Source of the DNA: Octopus sinensis
Lineage: Eukaryota
NCBI RefSeq assembly: GCF_006345805.1
Contig: NC_042997.1
Span: 189,534,001-189,598,000, forward strand
Reading direction: 5' to 3'
Length of the DNA: 64,000 bases
Shown here: one piece after another, positions 23,507-34,769 of the stretch
Numbering within the stretch: position 1 is the first letter of the stretch
Layout: every line of letters begins with the position of its first letter
The notes under the pieces: model-generated
The model's input: the letters and a program-made list of their open reading frames with translations, nothing else
Told to the model about the DNA's origin: nothing
Database searches by the model: none
Translations under genes and position numbers: made by a program

Positions 23507-24237
23507 ATATACATGTTCGTACTTGTACGTAAATACAGATTTGCATCCGGGTGCATTTACAAAGAAACATAAGGCAGGCATTCATTCATCATCCAATGAA
23601 AAAGCAACAATATTAGAAATGAAATCAAAAACTGATCCCAACAATAAAATAAGAGACAATGGAACTAACATTTTTTACCAACTTCAAAAGGAAATCTGAA
23701 CGATTAAATAGTTATTTGTTGCATTATGGGTAAACATGGTAGAAGAAAAAAAATCTTTGTTGTTGCAATTTTTGGTAAATATTGTGTCAGTACTGATTGG
23801 TGTTGATGTGTAGGTATGCATGCTGGCCTGAACGAATGTATGGTATGAATGGTGTGCATGCATGGCATGTATGTATGTGTGTGTATGTATGTCTGTGCGT
23901 GCATGAATGCATGCATGTATATATGTATATATACATGTATGCATGTATATATGTATATATGGATAGATGGATGGATGGATGTATGTATCTATGTATTTAT
24001 TTATGTATGTGCATATGTACTATATCTAAATGTATATATATACATATAACATACGTATATATTATATATATATATAGATATATATATATATAGTAATATA
24101 TATATATATATATAGTATATAATGTAATACACATATATTAATGCAAATATTCATATATATATATATATATGTATTGATTATATTAATATATATATATGTA
24201 TTATATGTATACATCATGTGTATATGAATATATGCAA

Positions 24238-24285
<48 letters not shown>

Positions 24286-24399
24286 TAATATATAATATTA
24301 TTATATATAAAAATAGTAATGCAATACGAGAGCATGGCTTTTCATAATGTATATATAGTATAATATATATATAATTATATAAATATATATATATATAAT

Positions 24400-24433
<34 letters not shown>

Positions 24434-24527
24434 ATTATATTATATATCATATAGATATATATATATATATATATATAATATATTATATATTATCTATATC
24501 AAATATATATATATATATATATTATAT

Positions 24528-24561
<34 letters not shown>

Positions 24562-24575
24562 TCTATATACAATAT
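22030..24575. repeat. Large microsatellite field ((TATG)n, (TA)n, (CA)n, (GA)n)
   Basis: Directly visible; it is the source of the MYVC/HTYI ORFs. Confidence 0.95.
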
Positions 24576-24729
24576 GTGTTTATGTAAATTGGGAACAACT
24601 CTTTGAACAAGTTGTATTCAAGACACGACAAAGTTTAGTTTTATTGTATTTTATTTTATTTTATATCTTTTTTTTTCCTTATTTATCCTTTCTGCCGTTT
24701 GTGGAACATCAGCTGCACTCAGTCCATTG

Positions 24730-24776
24730 TTCCATCGACGTTTCGAAGCTGTCCCACCTTTATCCTCAGAAGGAAA
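24730..24776 (-). ncRNA. Degenerate minimal hammerhead-like motif
   Basis: Minus strand tttcctt CTGAGGA ta aag..ctt c GAAA CG TC gatggaa. The core and GUC triplet are intact; stems I and II are partly mismatched. Confidence 0.45.
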
Positions 24777-25261
24777 TGGATTGTAGGCTGTCACGCGCAC
24801 GCACGTACGCACGCACACATGCAGCCGCCCCAGCCACCCCCACCCCACGCGCACACATACACACACACTCACATACAGACACGTGCACGATTACACAAGC
24901 CCACACATACACACGCACGTGTACAGACATACACGCGCACATACACACGCACACATGCACGCGCGCGCAAGCACACACACACACACATGTATATATATAT
25001 ATATATATATATATCTATATATTATATATATATATATGTATAAACATCACGTTTCTGTCCTGCGGACAGCTTTAGATATTTCTTTCACCCAAAGTGGTTT
25101 ATTAATCCAATAAATTAAACGGCATTTTAATTCAGGTGTTACCAATTTGATGCTCACACTTTAAATTTATATATATATTATTTAATATATATATAATTAT
25201 ATATACTATATATATATATATATATATACTTATATATATATATGTATGTATATATACATAC

Positions 25262-25565
25262 ACAGTGGAGGCGCAATGGTCCAGTGGTTGAGCATCGGAA
25301 CTCGCGGTTTCGATTCCCAGACCGGCTTGTAAGTGTTTATTGAGCGGAAACACCTGAAGCTCCACGAGGCTCCAGCATGAAGGGTAGGTGGCGATCCGTG
25401 CTGTACTCTTTCGCCACAACTTTCTCTCACTGTTTCTTCTGTCGGCCTGCTCGCTTAGCAAGCGGGGTGGCGTCATTTGAAGACTAAAACAATGCGAAGC
25501 GCATTGTGACCAGCGATGTTTAGCAACATCTGATAGCCTGGTCGGTCACGGTGATCACGGTGATA
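25262..25565 (+). mobile_element. Family C SINE, tail type iii
   Basis: gtggaggcgcaatggtccagtggttg head and tail cctgctcgcttagc...gtcacggtgatcacggtgat. Confidence 0.85.
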
Positions 25566-25868
25566 TATACACGTTTATATGTATATTTGTCTGTTTACAC
25601 ACACACGCGTGCGCGTGCGCGCATGCACTTATATCCGCACACACACACATACATACACACACGTATACAAATATAGTTTACTTTTAATAAAAATATTGTT
25701 GACAGTAACTTCGAAGTTCCGGCCAGTAAGCCATCGTCGGCAAGTCTGAAACCCCGTAGTTACTGTACACTAGAAAAGTATAGATTAAACCCCTGAGATT
25801 AATGTCAAAATTGTTTTTATTATAACTAAACATATAAACACAAATTGACTTATATACCAATATCTGCA

Positions 25869-26090
25869 TACAGAAGGCCCACCGAAAAGTTCCTGGCTTG
25901 AACTGTGTCGCGAAAGTCCTGGTTGGAGGACCAACCTTCCGATTTATTTTACAGGGCTTAGAAAAACTGAAGGACTACTGCAATAAGTGTGTGAATCTAA
26001 GACAGGTATATGTTGAATAAAGTCATCATTAATTGATCCTCCTGTATTTTCTTTTACCCAAAGCTAAGAACATCTCAGCAACTCCTCCTA
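25869..26090 (+). mobile_element. Mariner-derived MITE retaining the transposase C-terminus
   Basis: TA-bounded degenerate TIRs. FYFTGLEKLKDYCNKCVNLRQVYVE* resembles the mariner end GIxKLxxRWxKCIxxxGxYVE. A related partial copy lies at 29575-29730. Confidence 0.65.
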
Positions 26091-26104
26091 TGTATGCGTG
26101 GGTG

Positions 26105-26897
26105 AGTACGTATATACTCTTACTCTTTACTCTTTTACTTGTTTCAGTCATTTGACTGCGGCCATGCTGGAGAACCGCCTTTTTTAATCGAGCAACTCGA
26201 TCCCGGGACTTATTCTTTTTGTAAGCCCAGTACTTATTTTATCGAACTCTTTTACCGAACCGCTAAGTAACGGGGACATAAACACACCAGCATCGATTGT
26301 CAAGCAATGCTAGGGGCACAAACACAGACACACAAACACACACACGCATATATATATACATACTAGCAGTATCGCCCGGCGTTGCTCGGGTTTGTAAGGG
26401 AAATAACTATAAAGCATTTTTAGAGAGTTATAGCCAAAAAATGGAAAAAAAAATTATGGTAAATTTTTTTTTAGTTAAAAAGGTCGAGTTGCGTCCCCTA
26501 GACAGTCTGTGGTTTGTGTTTCTGATTCTCGACCCCATGTCGAATTTATCGATTTTTTTCAGAACTGGGGGAACTTTTCAAAATTTTCGCTGCGTTAGTT
26601 TTGAATTATGACATTGGGCTATGTGTGTGTCAAGTTTCATCAGAATCGGTTGAAAGCCGTGGTCAGGGTGAGGGTACAACCTAACAGACACACAGAAACA
26701 CACACAGACAAACTGCCGTTTATATATAGAGAGATATACGACGGGCTTCTTTTCAGTTTCCGTCTACCAAATCCACTCACAAGGCATTGGTCGGCCCGAG
26801 GCTATAGTAGAATACACTTACCCAAGGTGCCACGCAGTGGGACTGAACCCGGAACGATGGGGTTGGTAAACAAGCTACTTACCACACAGCCACTCCT
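26105..26897 (-). mobile_element. Family B SINE interrupted by a Helitron-like insert
   Basis: SINE halves at 26105-26360 and 26735-26897 flank the insert within the internal microsatellite. Confidence 0.9.
26361..26735 (+). mobile_element. Non-autonomous Helitron/Helentron-like element (DINE-1/Lep1-type architecture)
   Basis: 5' actagcagtatcgcccggcgttgctcgggt hairpin, caagtttcatcagaatcggttg block, (ACAG)-like repeat and tttatatataga end. Confidence 0.65.
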
Positions 26898-26984
26898 GTG
26901 TCATTTAAAAAAAATATTCATCAGCCAAAAAAAAAAAATAGAAAGAAGGTTCTAAATCAGGAAATCCTCCGTGTATTGTGTTCT

Positions 26985-27775
26985 ACTCTAGTCACAAGGC
27001 CCGACATTTTGGGGGAGGGGCCCAGTCGATTAGATCGACCCCAGTACACAACTGGTACTTAATTTATCGACCGCGAAAGGATGAAAGGCAAACTCGACCT
27101 CGGGTGAATTTGAATTCAGAACGTAAAGACAGACGATATGCCGCTAAGCATTTCGCCTGGCTTGCTAACGTTTCTTATTTCTTTATTGCCCATAAGGTGC
27201 TAAACACAGAGAGGACAAACAAGGACAGAAAAGGGATTAAGGCGATTACATCGACTCCAGTGCGTAACTGGTACTTAATTTATCGACCCTGAAAGGATGA
27301 AAGGCAAAGTCAACCTCGGGGGAATTTGAACTCAGAATGTAACGGCAGACGAAATACCTATTTCTTTATTACCCACAAGGGGCTAAACACATAGAAGACA
27401 AACAAGGACAGACATAGGTATTAAGTCGATTACATCGACCCCAGTGCGTAACTGGTACTTAATTTATCGAGCGCGAAAGGATGAAAGGCAAAGTCGACCT
27501 CGGGGGAATTTGAATTCAGAACGTAAAGACAGACGAAATACCTATTTCTTTATTACCCACAAGGGGCTAAACATAGAGGGGACAAACAAGGACAGACATA
27601 GGTATTAAGCCGATTACATCGACCCCAGTGCGTAACTGGTACTTAATTTATCGACCGCGAAAGGATGAAAGGCAAAGTCGACCTCGGCGGAATTTGAACT
27701 CAGAATCTTAGCGGCGGACGAAATATCACAAAGCATCTCGCCCGCCTTGCTAACGTTTCTGCCAGCTCACCGTCT
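26985..27775 (-). mobile_element. Family A SINE tandem multimer (about 4 units of about 183 bp)
   Basis: Unit restarts at tttctttatt(a/g)cccac near 27172, 27361 and 27545; the single head is at about 27775. Confidence 0.9.
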
Positions 27776-28242
27776 TCTGTAAAGTAAATATCAATTAACG
27801 ACTGGTATTTCAATCGGTTAGCAAACCACACAATACGATTATATAAAAGCAAATTCACCATCACCACTGTTACTAGCTTAGGACGCATATCGTATACTAC
27901 AAGAACTAAAACGCTCCCTGAATACTGAATGCTTTGACATATTAATAACTCATAAAACAGAAATCGTGTATCAAATCTAGCCACAAACTCAGCGTTTGAA
28001 CATATTACAAAAACGTCGAGATAAAACCTACTCGAGAATACAAAACCACGAGCCAACATACCACAAAACGTTCATCAAATTACTATTATAATATATAAAT
28101 TCCAATGCAAACATTAATGTTGTAGACTTCATGAATCAAACTGCTTCCAAGAAGTAAAACATTCTCCTCTCGTTTCGCCATACATTTACGACACCCTACA
28201 GTCGGTAGTTAGGTAGTCATCGCAACACACTACAGTATAGTA

Positions 28243-28373
28243 CAGTGGTCCTCAAATGTAGTAATGGGGGTCCGTGAACTAAATTCAAAATATATATACA
28301 CACACTTAAGGATAAGTATATTAAAAGGGGTCCGGTGGAAGACTCATTTAAATAAAAGGGTTTGGAACCATTG
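28243..28373. mobile_element. Short hAT-like MITE
   Basis: cagtggtcctcaaa...tttggaaccattg imperfect TIR with ggggtcc subterminal motifs. No clean 8-bp TSD. Confidence 0.4.
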
Positions 28374-28711
28374 TATGTACTATACAATAAAAAAAAAACT
28401 AAGAAAAACAGTGACAACTATACAGTTCTGAAGAGAGTATCACGAAAAAACAAGAGTATCACAAAAAAAAAATCAAGAGAAAACTTCACTAACGGGAAAA
28501 TATAAACTCGATTTTAGCGCACTGGTTCAACGCACACAAAATTACTTACGAAAACTGCTGGACATGACCATCGCATAAGTTTTAAATCTTACATTGAAAA
28601 GGAGACTCACAATCTCCCTCATCTGGTATCTTATGATGTATGTGACCTCGTGTGTGCCGTTGGCGATTTTTTTCCTCTGTCTTCCCTTCTCTGGATCTTT
28701 CCTTCTCCTAT

Positions 28712-28746
28712 GTTTCCGACGAAGAGCTCCGCTCGAAACGTTAAAC
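28712..28746 (+). ncRNA. Minimal type-I hammerhead-like motif, CCGACGA (U4C) core
   Basis: gttt CCGACGA a gagc tcc gctc GAAA CG TT aaac. Stems I and II pair perfectly and stem III is the palindromic AACGTT. Confidence 0.6.
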
Positions 28747-28841
28747 CCTCCTTCTTTCCTTCTTTCCTGAGCGTCCAATAATACTATATTTGTTCCACGT
28801 CTCGCGTTGTGTTTTTTGTGCTTTCTTGTTTGGATTAACTT

Positions 28842-28906
<65 letters not shown>

Positions 28907-29079
28907 GTGTGTGTGTGTGTGTGTGTGTGTTGTGTGTGTGAGTGTGTGTGTGTGTGTGTGTGTAGTGTTGTGTGTGTATATAATATATATATATATATGT
29001 ATGTAGTATATATATATATGTGTGTGTGGTATGTATATATAATATGTGTGTTGTATGTATATATATTATATATTATATA

Positions 29080-29115
<36 letters not shown>

Positions 29116-29237
29116 TGTACGTATGTATTATATATATTATATAGTAGTGAGAATTTATAAAAAAAAAACAAAAGACGAAGACGGGTGTGTAAACAACAAA
29201 CAGATGTATTAGTTTAACGCTCGGGAAGTGAGAAAGT

Positions 29238-29273
29238 CTTTTACGTTTCGAGCCTACGCTCCTCGACAGAAAG
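29238..29273 (-). ncRNA. Minimal type-I hammerhead-like motif, CTGTCGA (A6U) core
   Basis: Minus strand cttt CTGTCGA g gagc gtag gctc GAAA CG TA aaag. Stems I and II pair perfectly. Confidence 0.55.
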
Positions 29274-29544
29274 GAATACAGAAATAAACAGGGAGAGAAA
29301 ATAGTGGTTAGCGATCTATCATGGCGAATGCCGGACAGAGGGGTCACACAGGAGAGCTAGGAAGAAAGGGGAGATAATAATCTAGTAGTGATCCCATATA
29401 CGTATATATGTATACACATATACATATACATACATACATACATATAGTCATGCATACATATACATACATACATACATACATACATACATGCATACATACA
29501 TACATACATACATACATACATACATACATACATACATACATACA

Positions 29545-29577
<33 letters not shown>

Positions 29578-29846
29578 TCCTGGTTTTAAGAGTATCGCCT
29601 CGCTGGAGGCTCAGACTTCCGAGTTCTTTTATAGAGCTTAGAAAAGCTGAAGGATCGCTGCAATAAGTGTGTGAATATGCTTAATAAAATCATGTTTAAA
29701 TGATCCTCCTGTATTTTCTTTTACCCAAAGTATATATATATAAGTAAGCAGACATTAAAATTGGTAATAAAATTCATATTCCTTTTTCAAATTTATTGAA
29801 ACAATTATACATGTTCTTTATTATATGGGAAAATGAAAGTAAATCT

Positions 29847-30095
29847 TTATATTTTAATGTAAACATCGGTGGCGTCAACCAGTTTCTTCAAACGACCAGG
29901 GATGGAATGAACAACCTTTTGAAGGATGTTATCTGGGATATTATTGAGAACCTCCTGAATCCGTGTCTCCAAGTCATTTCATTTAGCGACCTCAAAGTTG
30001 TGCTTAAATGATTTAGAAATATATGCATCGAAAAGAAAAACTTTAACGCCTGGAAGAGATATGGTAGTTAGTTAATTTTGAAGGATGAATTTAAG
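29847..30095 (-). mobile_element. Tc1/mariner transposase C-terminal remnant
   Basis: DLETRIQEVLNNIPDNILQKVVHSIPGRLKKLVDATDVYIKI* (29975-29847) resembles the Tc1-family end L...WxxIP...LxKLVxSMPxRLxxxIxAxGxY. Confidence 0.65.
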
Positions 30096-30764
30096 GGATT
30101 TAACTCTTAGATGCTTAAAAATTTAAATATCATGTTAGTTATTTTGGTGCAAGGTTGGGAAAATGTGAGGGAAAAATGAAGAGTTGAGAATTTGTCATGT
30201 AGTGAGATGTGTTCATAAAACCAAATAAAAAATTATTGTAAGGATATTTATTCAATATAATTATATATACTGATAATATGTTTACGAGGAAATAAAAGTA
30301 GTAAACAACGTGAGGCAGTTTCTGAGGATTTGCAAAGCAATTCGGGATAAATTTATTAATATTTGCAGCGTCGAAGGTGTTTATAAGCCATTTAAGAAAC
30401 ACACAAAAACCGTTAGATTCACTCCAGCATTTAAATTTAATTTGCCAGAATATTTTCGTAGCTTTAAGACCGCGACCTGTTCACTGACAAAATTCTGTGC
30501 TGCATCTCTTTATTAATATCAAAAAATAGAAATAATTTTTTTTAAGATAGGGAATTAATGTTTAATGTGGGGGATATTTGAAATGTTTGTAATTATCTTT
30601 AACTGATTTACCTCTGCCAACATACATATACACATATAAATACTCTTCTACGCATGCCTATACACTTGCGCCCAGACATCCATAAACACACACACACAGT
30701 CACGCACGCACGCACACACATTGATAGATAGATATGTGAATGTATTTATGTACATATATTCTTT

Positions 30765-30975
30765 TCTACTCTAGGCACAAGGCCCGAAACTTTTGGGAGA
30801 AAATTAAGTCGATTAGATCGACCCCAGTACGCAACTGGTACTCAATTTATCGACCCCAAAAGGATGAAAGGCAAAGTCAACCTCGGCGGAATTTGAACTC
30901 AGAATATAATGACAGACGAAATACTACTAAACATTTCGCCCGGTATGCTAACGTTTCTGCTAGCTCGCCGCCTTA
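30765..30975 (-). mobile_element. Family A SINE
   Basis: Reverse-complement match to the family A consensus. Confidence 0.9.
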
Positions 30976-31377
30976 TTTATGTACATAAGACATAACTAGA
31001 AGCGCATAACGCATTCACATCCACCGACAAAAGCATGTATATACATACATACACAACCACATATACATGTTTATAAATGTAAACATAGATAAATGTATGC
31101 ATATAATACATGCTATACAAATACGTGTATATATATGTGTGCATACGTGTGTGTTTGTGTGCGTGTAATTATATATACACACCAGCACACATGTACCGGT
31201 TTCGTTGACATCACAAAATGAATAAATTTATTATTCCTTTCTAAATTAGTATAAAGAGGTTTTATTATTAGATTTTTATGTTTTCACTTGCTTTCACGGA
31301 CAAACTTTAATAAATTACGATCTCATGTGTTTATCTCTTCTTTAAATGTGCCGAAGCAACAGTTTGAGACTTCTACC

Positions 31378-31975
31378 AAAAATATTACTATTCCCAAAAG
31401 GCAAAACTACCTGAACAGTTGAAAGTAGAGAACAGATAACTTCGTCAAAAGATTAAGGTAGCGAACTTTCTTTTTATAGACAATTGAAAACAACAGCAAA
31501 TTTAAGAATAAATTTAACTTTAATAGATGATGGTTTCAAAGATATATTCTCGTACTTTTTATAGAGAATATTTTCATAATAATCAAAAACATCAACGTTA
31601 GAAAGTACACAAAGATATTTCAAGATAATTTTAAAGCGAAACTACAAAATTAAAAAATGACAACAAGATCTTTGTACAATCTAGTTATACCAGAGTCAAT
31701 TCGAAATTGTTAACCCTAACCAACATACCACGGATTTCTGTCTAATTAAGTTTCAACCGAACACCTTAATTCAGGGCATCAACATCAAAAGACAAACAAT
31801 TACCATTGTACTTAGAATTGATGAGAGAAAGGAATCCATCACATTTCAAAATCCTTACTTTACACTTAATAACCACAATAATAACTTTGAAACTTTGAAA
31901 TAATAATAAAAATCCCCCAAATGGATACCGGCGTTATTGGTAAATACATTCTAGCTAAAATTATACCCTAACTGG
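31378..31975 (+). mobile_element. Degenerate Penelope-like ORF remnant (N-terminal region and start of RT)
   Basis: KNITIPKRQNYLNS*K*RTDNFVKRLR*RTFFL, then KNDNKIFVQ, PYFTLNNHNNNFE and DTGVIGKYILAKII. These occur in the same order as PLE motifs KNIPIP..YL..LIEK.E.FIKRMRW.A.FF, KIFVPADKT, FITLKDHKENF and SEIGKISK.ILD.I. Confidence 0.7.
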
Positions 31976-32476
31976 AAGCTGTCTCACACTATGATGATGG
32001 AATTACGTCCAAGCTTTATACAATGGTTTTTATTTGTCACCAAATGCCAACACAAATATATCGTGTATCTGGTAATGATTCTGACAAATATTTCACCCGG
32101 ACTATACAAGATCTAGGGAATCACTTCGAAACTTTTCAAATTTACATCTCACCAAACACATCAAGACACCCTGCCACTAAAAGAGAAATAATGACTCTTC
32201 GTTATCCAAATTTATGCGAAAAAAGGAAGGCTAAAATATCTATCATTATTTTAAGTGGCATTTTTACTAATCGGTCAAATTATTTTGGAGTAATTTAAAA
32301 TCAAGTAACCTAAACGCCGTTGAGGACTAGGAAATATTTGCCAAAACCACTGCATTCCAAGAGATACTCTGAACTTATATCTTGCAAAGAAAAATATTTA
32401 AAAAATTTCTGTTATGTAAAACACACACATTAATTCCAAATATACTCTGAACATTGCCAAATATTCGAATATTTGC

Positions 32477-32520
<44 letters not shown>

Positions 32521-32523
<3 letters not shown>

Positions 32524-33072
32524 CCTGATGCAGTACCAGACAGTGGCACTCATGGCTTCTGATCTTAACTGATTGGAAGTGTTATCATGTACGTTGTTTT
32601 GTCTTGGTATAAAAGATGGGCTTTAGCAAATATTCTGCTCAATACCACAGATTTGCTTGTCAGTTGTTTGACCTTAACCAGTTGACCATGTCCCTTAGTG
32701 GCTGACGATATGTGCATCTCTGACCACGAGTAGAAGTAGCGGGGGAGCATCATAACCATGTATTGAGAGGGATTCTTTGGGGTCTGAATAATTCACCTCT
32801 GGAAACATGGGTGTTTCGTTCAACATCCTTAAAAACCTTTATTTAGGGACCTTTTGAGTGGGATGGGTTACTCGACCAGAAGAAAATTCTAACTGGGCCC
32901 TACCTGCAAGGTCATGTACTGTTTATCTTGATATGAGATCACCATGTCGCGCACATATGGTTGTGATGCGTATGCCTAGTGTACCCTTATCAGACGGGTA
33001 GTCATGATGGGTATACTGGGCTTCGTATATTTTACCCCAGTCACTTTGTTGGCATGCACTGCTCTCTCACTC
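32521..33072 (+). mobile_element. Non-coding about 550-bp element embedded in (AAT)n
   Basis: (AAT)n on both sides; homologous copies at 62577-63258 and (3' end only) 10810-10884. Confidence 0.8.
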
Positions 33073-33115
<43 letters not shown>

Positions 33116-33136
33116 TAATAATAATAATAATAATAA

Positions 33137-33167
<31 letters not shown>

Positions 33168-33508
33168 CTTCTAATATTTAGCCACCATCCATTCGCACCT
33201 TTCAAGTACAAAACTGTTTTACCTATCCTCAGCCAGCTTCTTCCACAACAAAACCCTACAATTTTGTATCCACATTCCTACTGATTTATATACAAGCCTG
33301 TTTTCTACCAAATGTAAGTATACAGGCATTTAATCCTTATATATTAACATATGATTCTACATTTATGTTTATTTTTCTGTGTATATATATATATGGTTTG
33401 TGCATCTTTCTATACTAAAACAGTGAAGCATCAAACTGAAGGAACATTCAGTAACTTTTAGTGGCGTATCATGTTTGATCTGTTTTTATTAAAAAAAAAA
33501 AGGTTAAC

Positions 33509-33682
33509 ATAGGCGTAGGAGTGGCTGTGCGGTAAGTAGCTTGCTTACCAACCACATAGTTCCGGGTTCAGTCCCACTGCGTGGCACCTTGGGCAAGTTT
33601 CTTCTACTATAGCCTCGGACCGACCAAAGCCTTCTGAATGGATTTGGTAGACGGAAACTGAAATTAGCCCGTTGTATATATA

Positions 33683-33724
<42 letters not shown>

Positions 33725-33981
33725 AATTTATATATAGAGATATATATATATTATGTATGTGTGTGTGTGTATGCTTGTGTGTCTGTGTTTGTCCCCCCCC
33801 CCAACATCGCTTGACAATCGATGCTGGTGTGTTTACGTCCCCGTAACTTAGCGGTTCGGCAAAAGAGAACAATAGAATAAGTACTAGGCTTACAAAGAAT
33901 AAGTCCTCTGGTCGATTTGCTCGACTAAAGGCGGTGCTCCAGCATGGCCACACTCAAATGACTGAAACAAGTAAAAGAGTA
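33509..33981 (+). mobile_element. Family B SINE, full length
   Basis: Matches the head, internal microsatellite and tail. Confidence 0.95.
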
Positions 33982-33985
33982 TTTA

Positions 33986-34020
33986 TTTTGATGTTTCGGC
34001 TTAATAGCCGTCATCAGACT
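33986..34020 (-). ncRNA. Decayed hammerhead-like motif
   Basis: Minus strand CTGATGA c ggct atta agcc GAAA CA TC. The core and stem II are intact; stem I does not pair. Confidence 0.4.
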
Positions 34021-34517
34021 GTAATGTATTCACCTTCTCCAAGCATTATCTATACTTTTGGGGAAGTTCATTTTGTGTTGGAAAGAGTGTGGGTTCAACG
34101 TAGATGTGAAGTAGTAGTGTATTTTGTGGATCTGAAAGAAAAATGTAATTGATAATTTAATCGGTTGTAGACGGAAGAAAAGAGTTTGTAAGTAAAAAGA
34201 AATGGTAGAATAAGGTGTGACAGTGAATAGAAAAAGGTAAGGCAAAAGCAAACGTTTTGAGGAAGTGGGTAGCGAGGAAAAAAAGAAGACACAGACATTT
34301 TCTTGGTTAGACAATAAAAGCTACGTTGAAGAAAGTTGGATGCATGTGCAGAATCATTTGCGTGTTAGTGCGAAAATATCACTCCATACACATACATATT
34401 TGAGACTAAGTTTACATCTATTTCCACATTCACAAATTTGATTAGGTGCACACAAATATATGCGCATATACATGCGCACCCATACATTCATCTCTCTGTA
34501 TTCATATACATATATAT

Positions 34518-34565
<48 letters not shown>

Positions 34566-34603
34566 AAAAAGGAGATGTGGAACACGAGTTGTGATATATA
34601 AAA

Positions 34604-34690
34604 AAAGGAAATGAAGAAAATGCTGACAAAATATTTTAAGTAAATTTACTTAATTTACTTAAATTATTTTGTCAGCATTTTCTTCATTTC

Positions 34691-34694
<4 letters not shown>
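34604..34694. mobile_element. About 90-bp TA-flanked hairpin (MITE-like)
   Basis: aaaggaaatgaagaaaatgctgacaaaat...attttgtcagcattttcttcatttccttt. Confidence 0.85.

Positions 34695-34769
<75 letters not shown>

Noticed and set aside
26985-27775. Regularly spaced repeats resembling a CRISPR array
   Set aside because: Units are about 183-bp SINE bodies with no unique spacers, no cas genes and a eukaryotic context.
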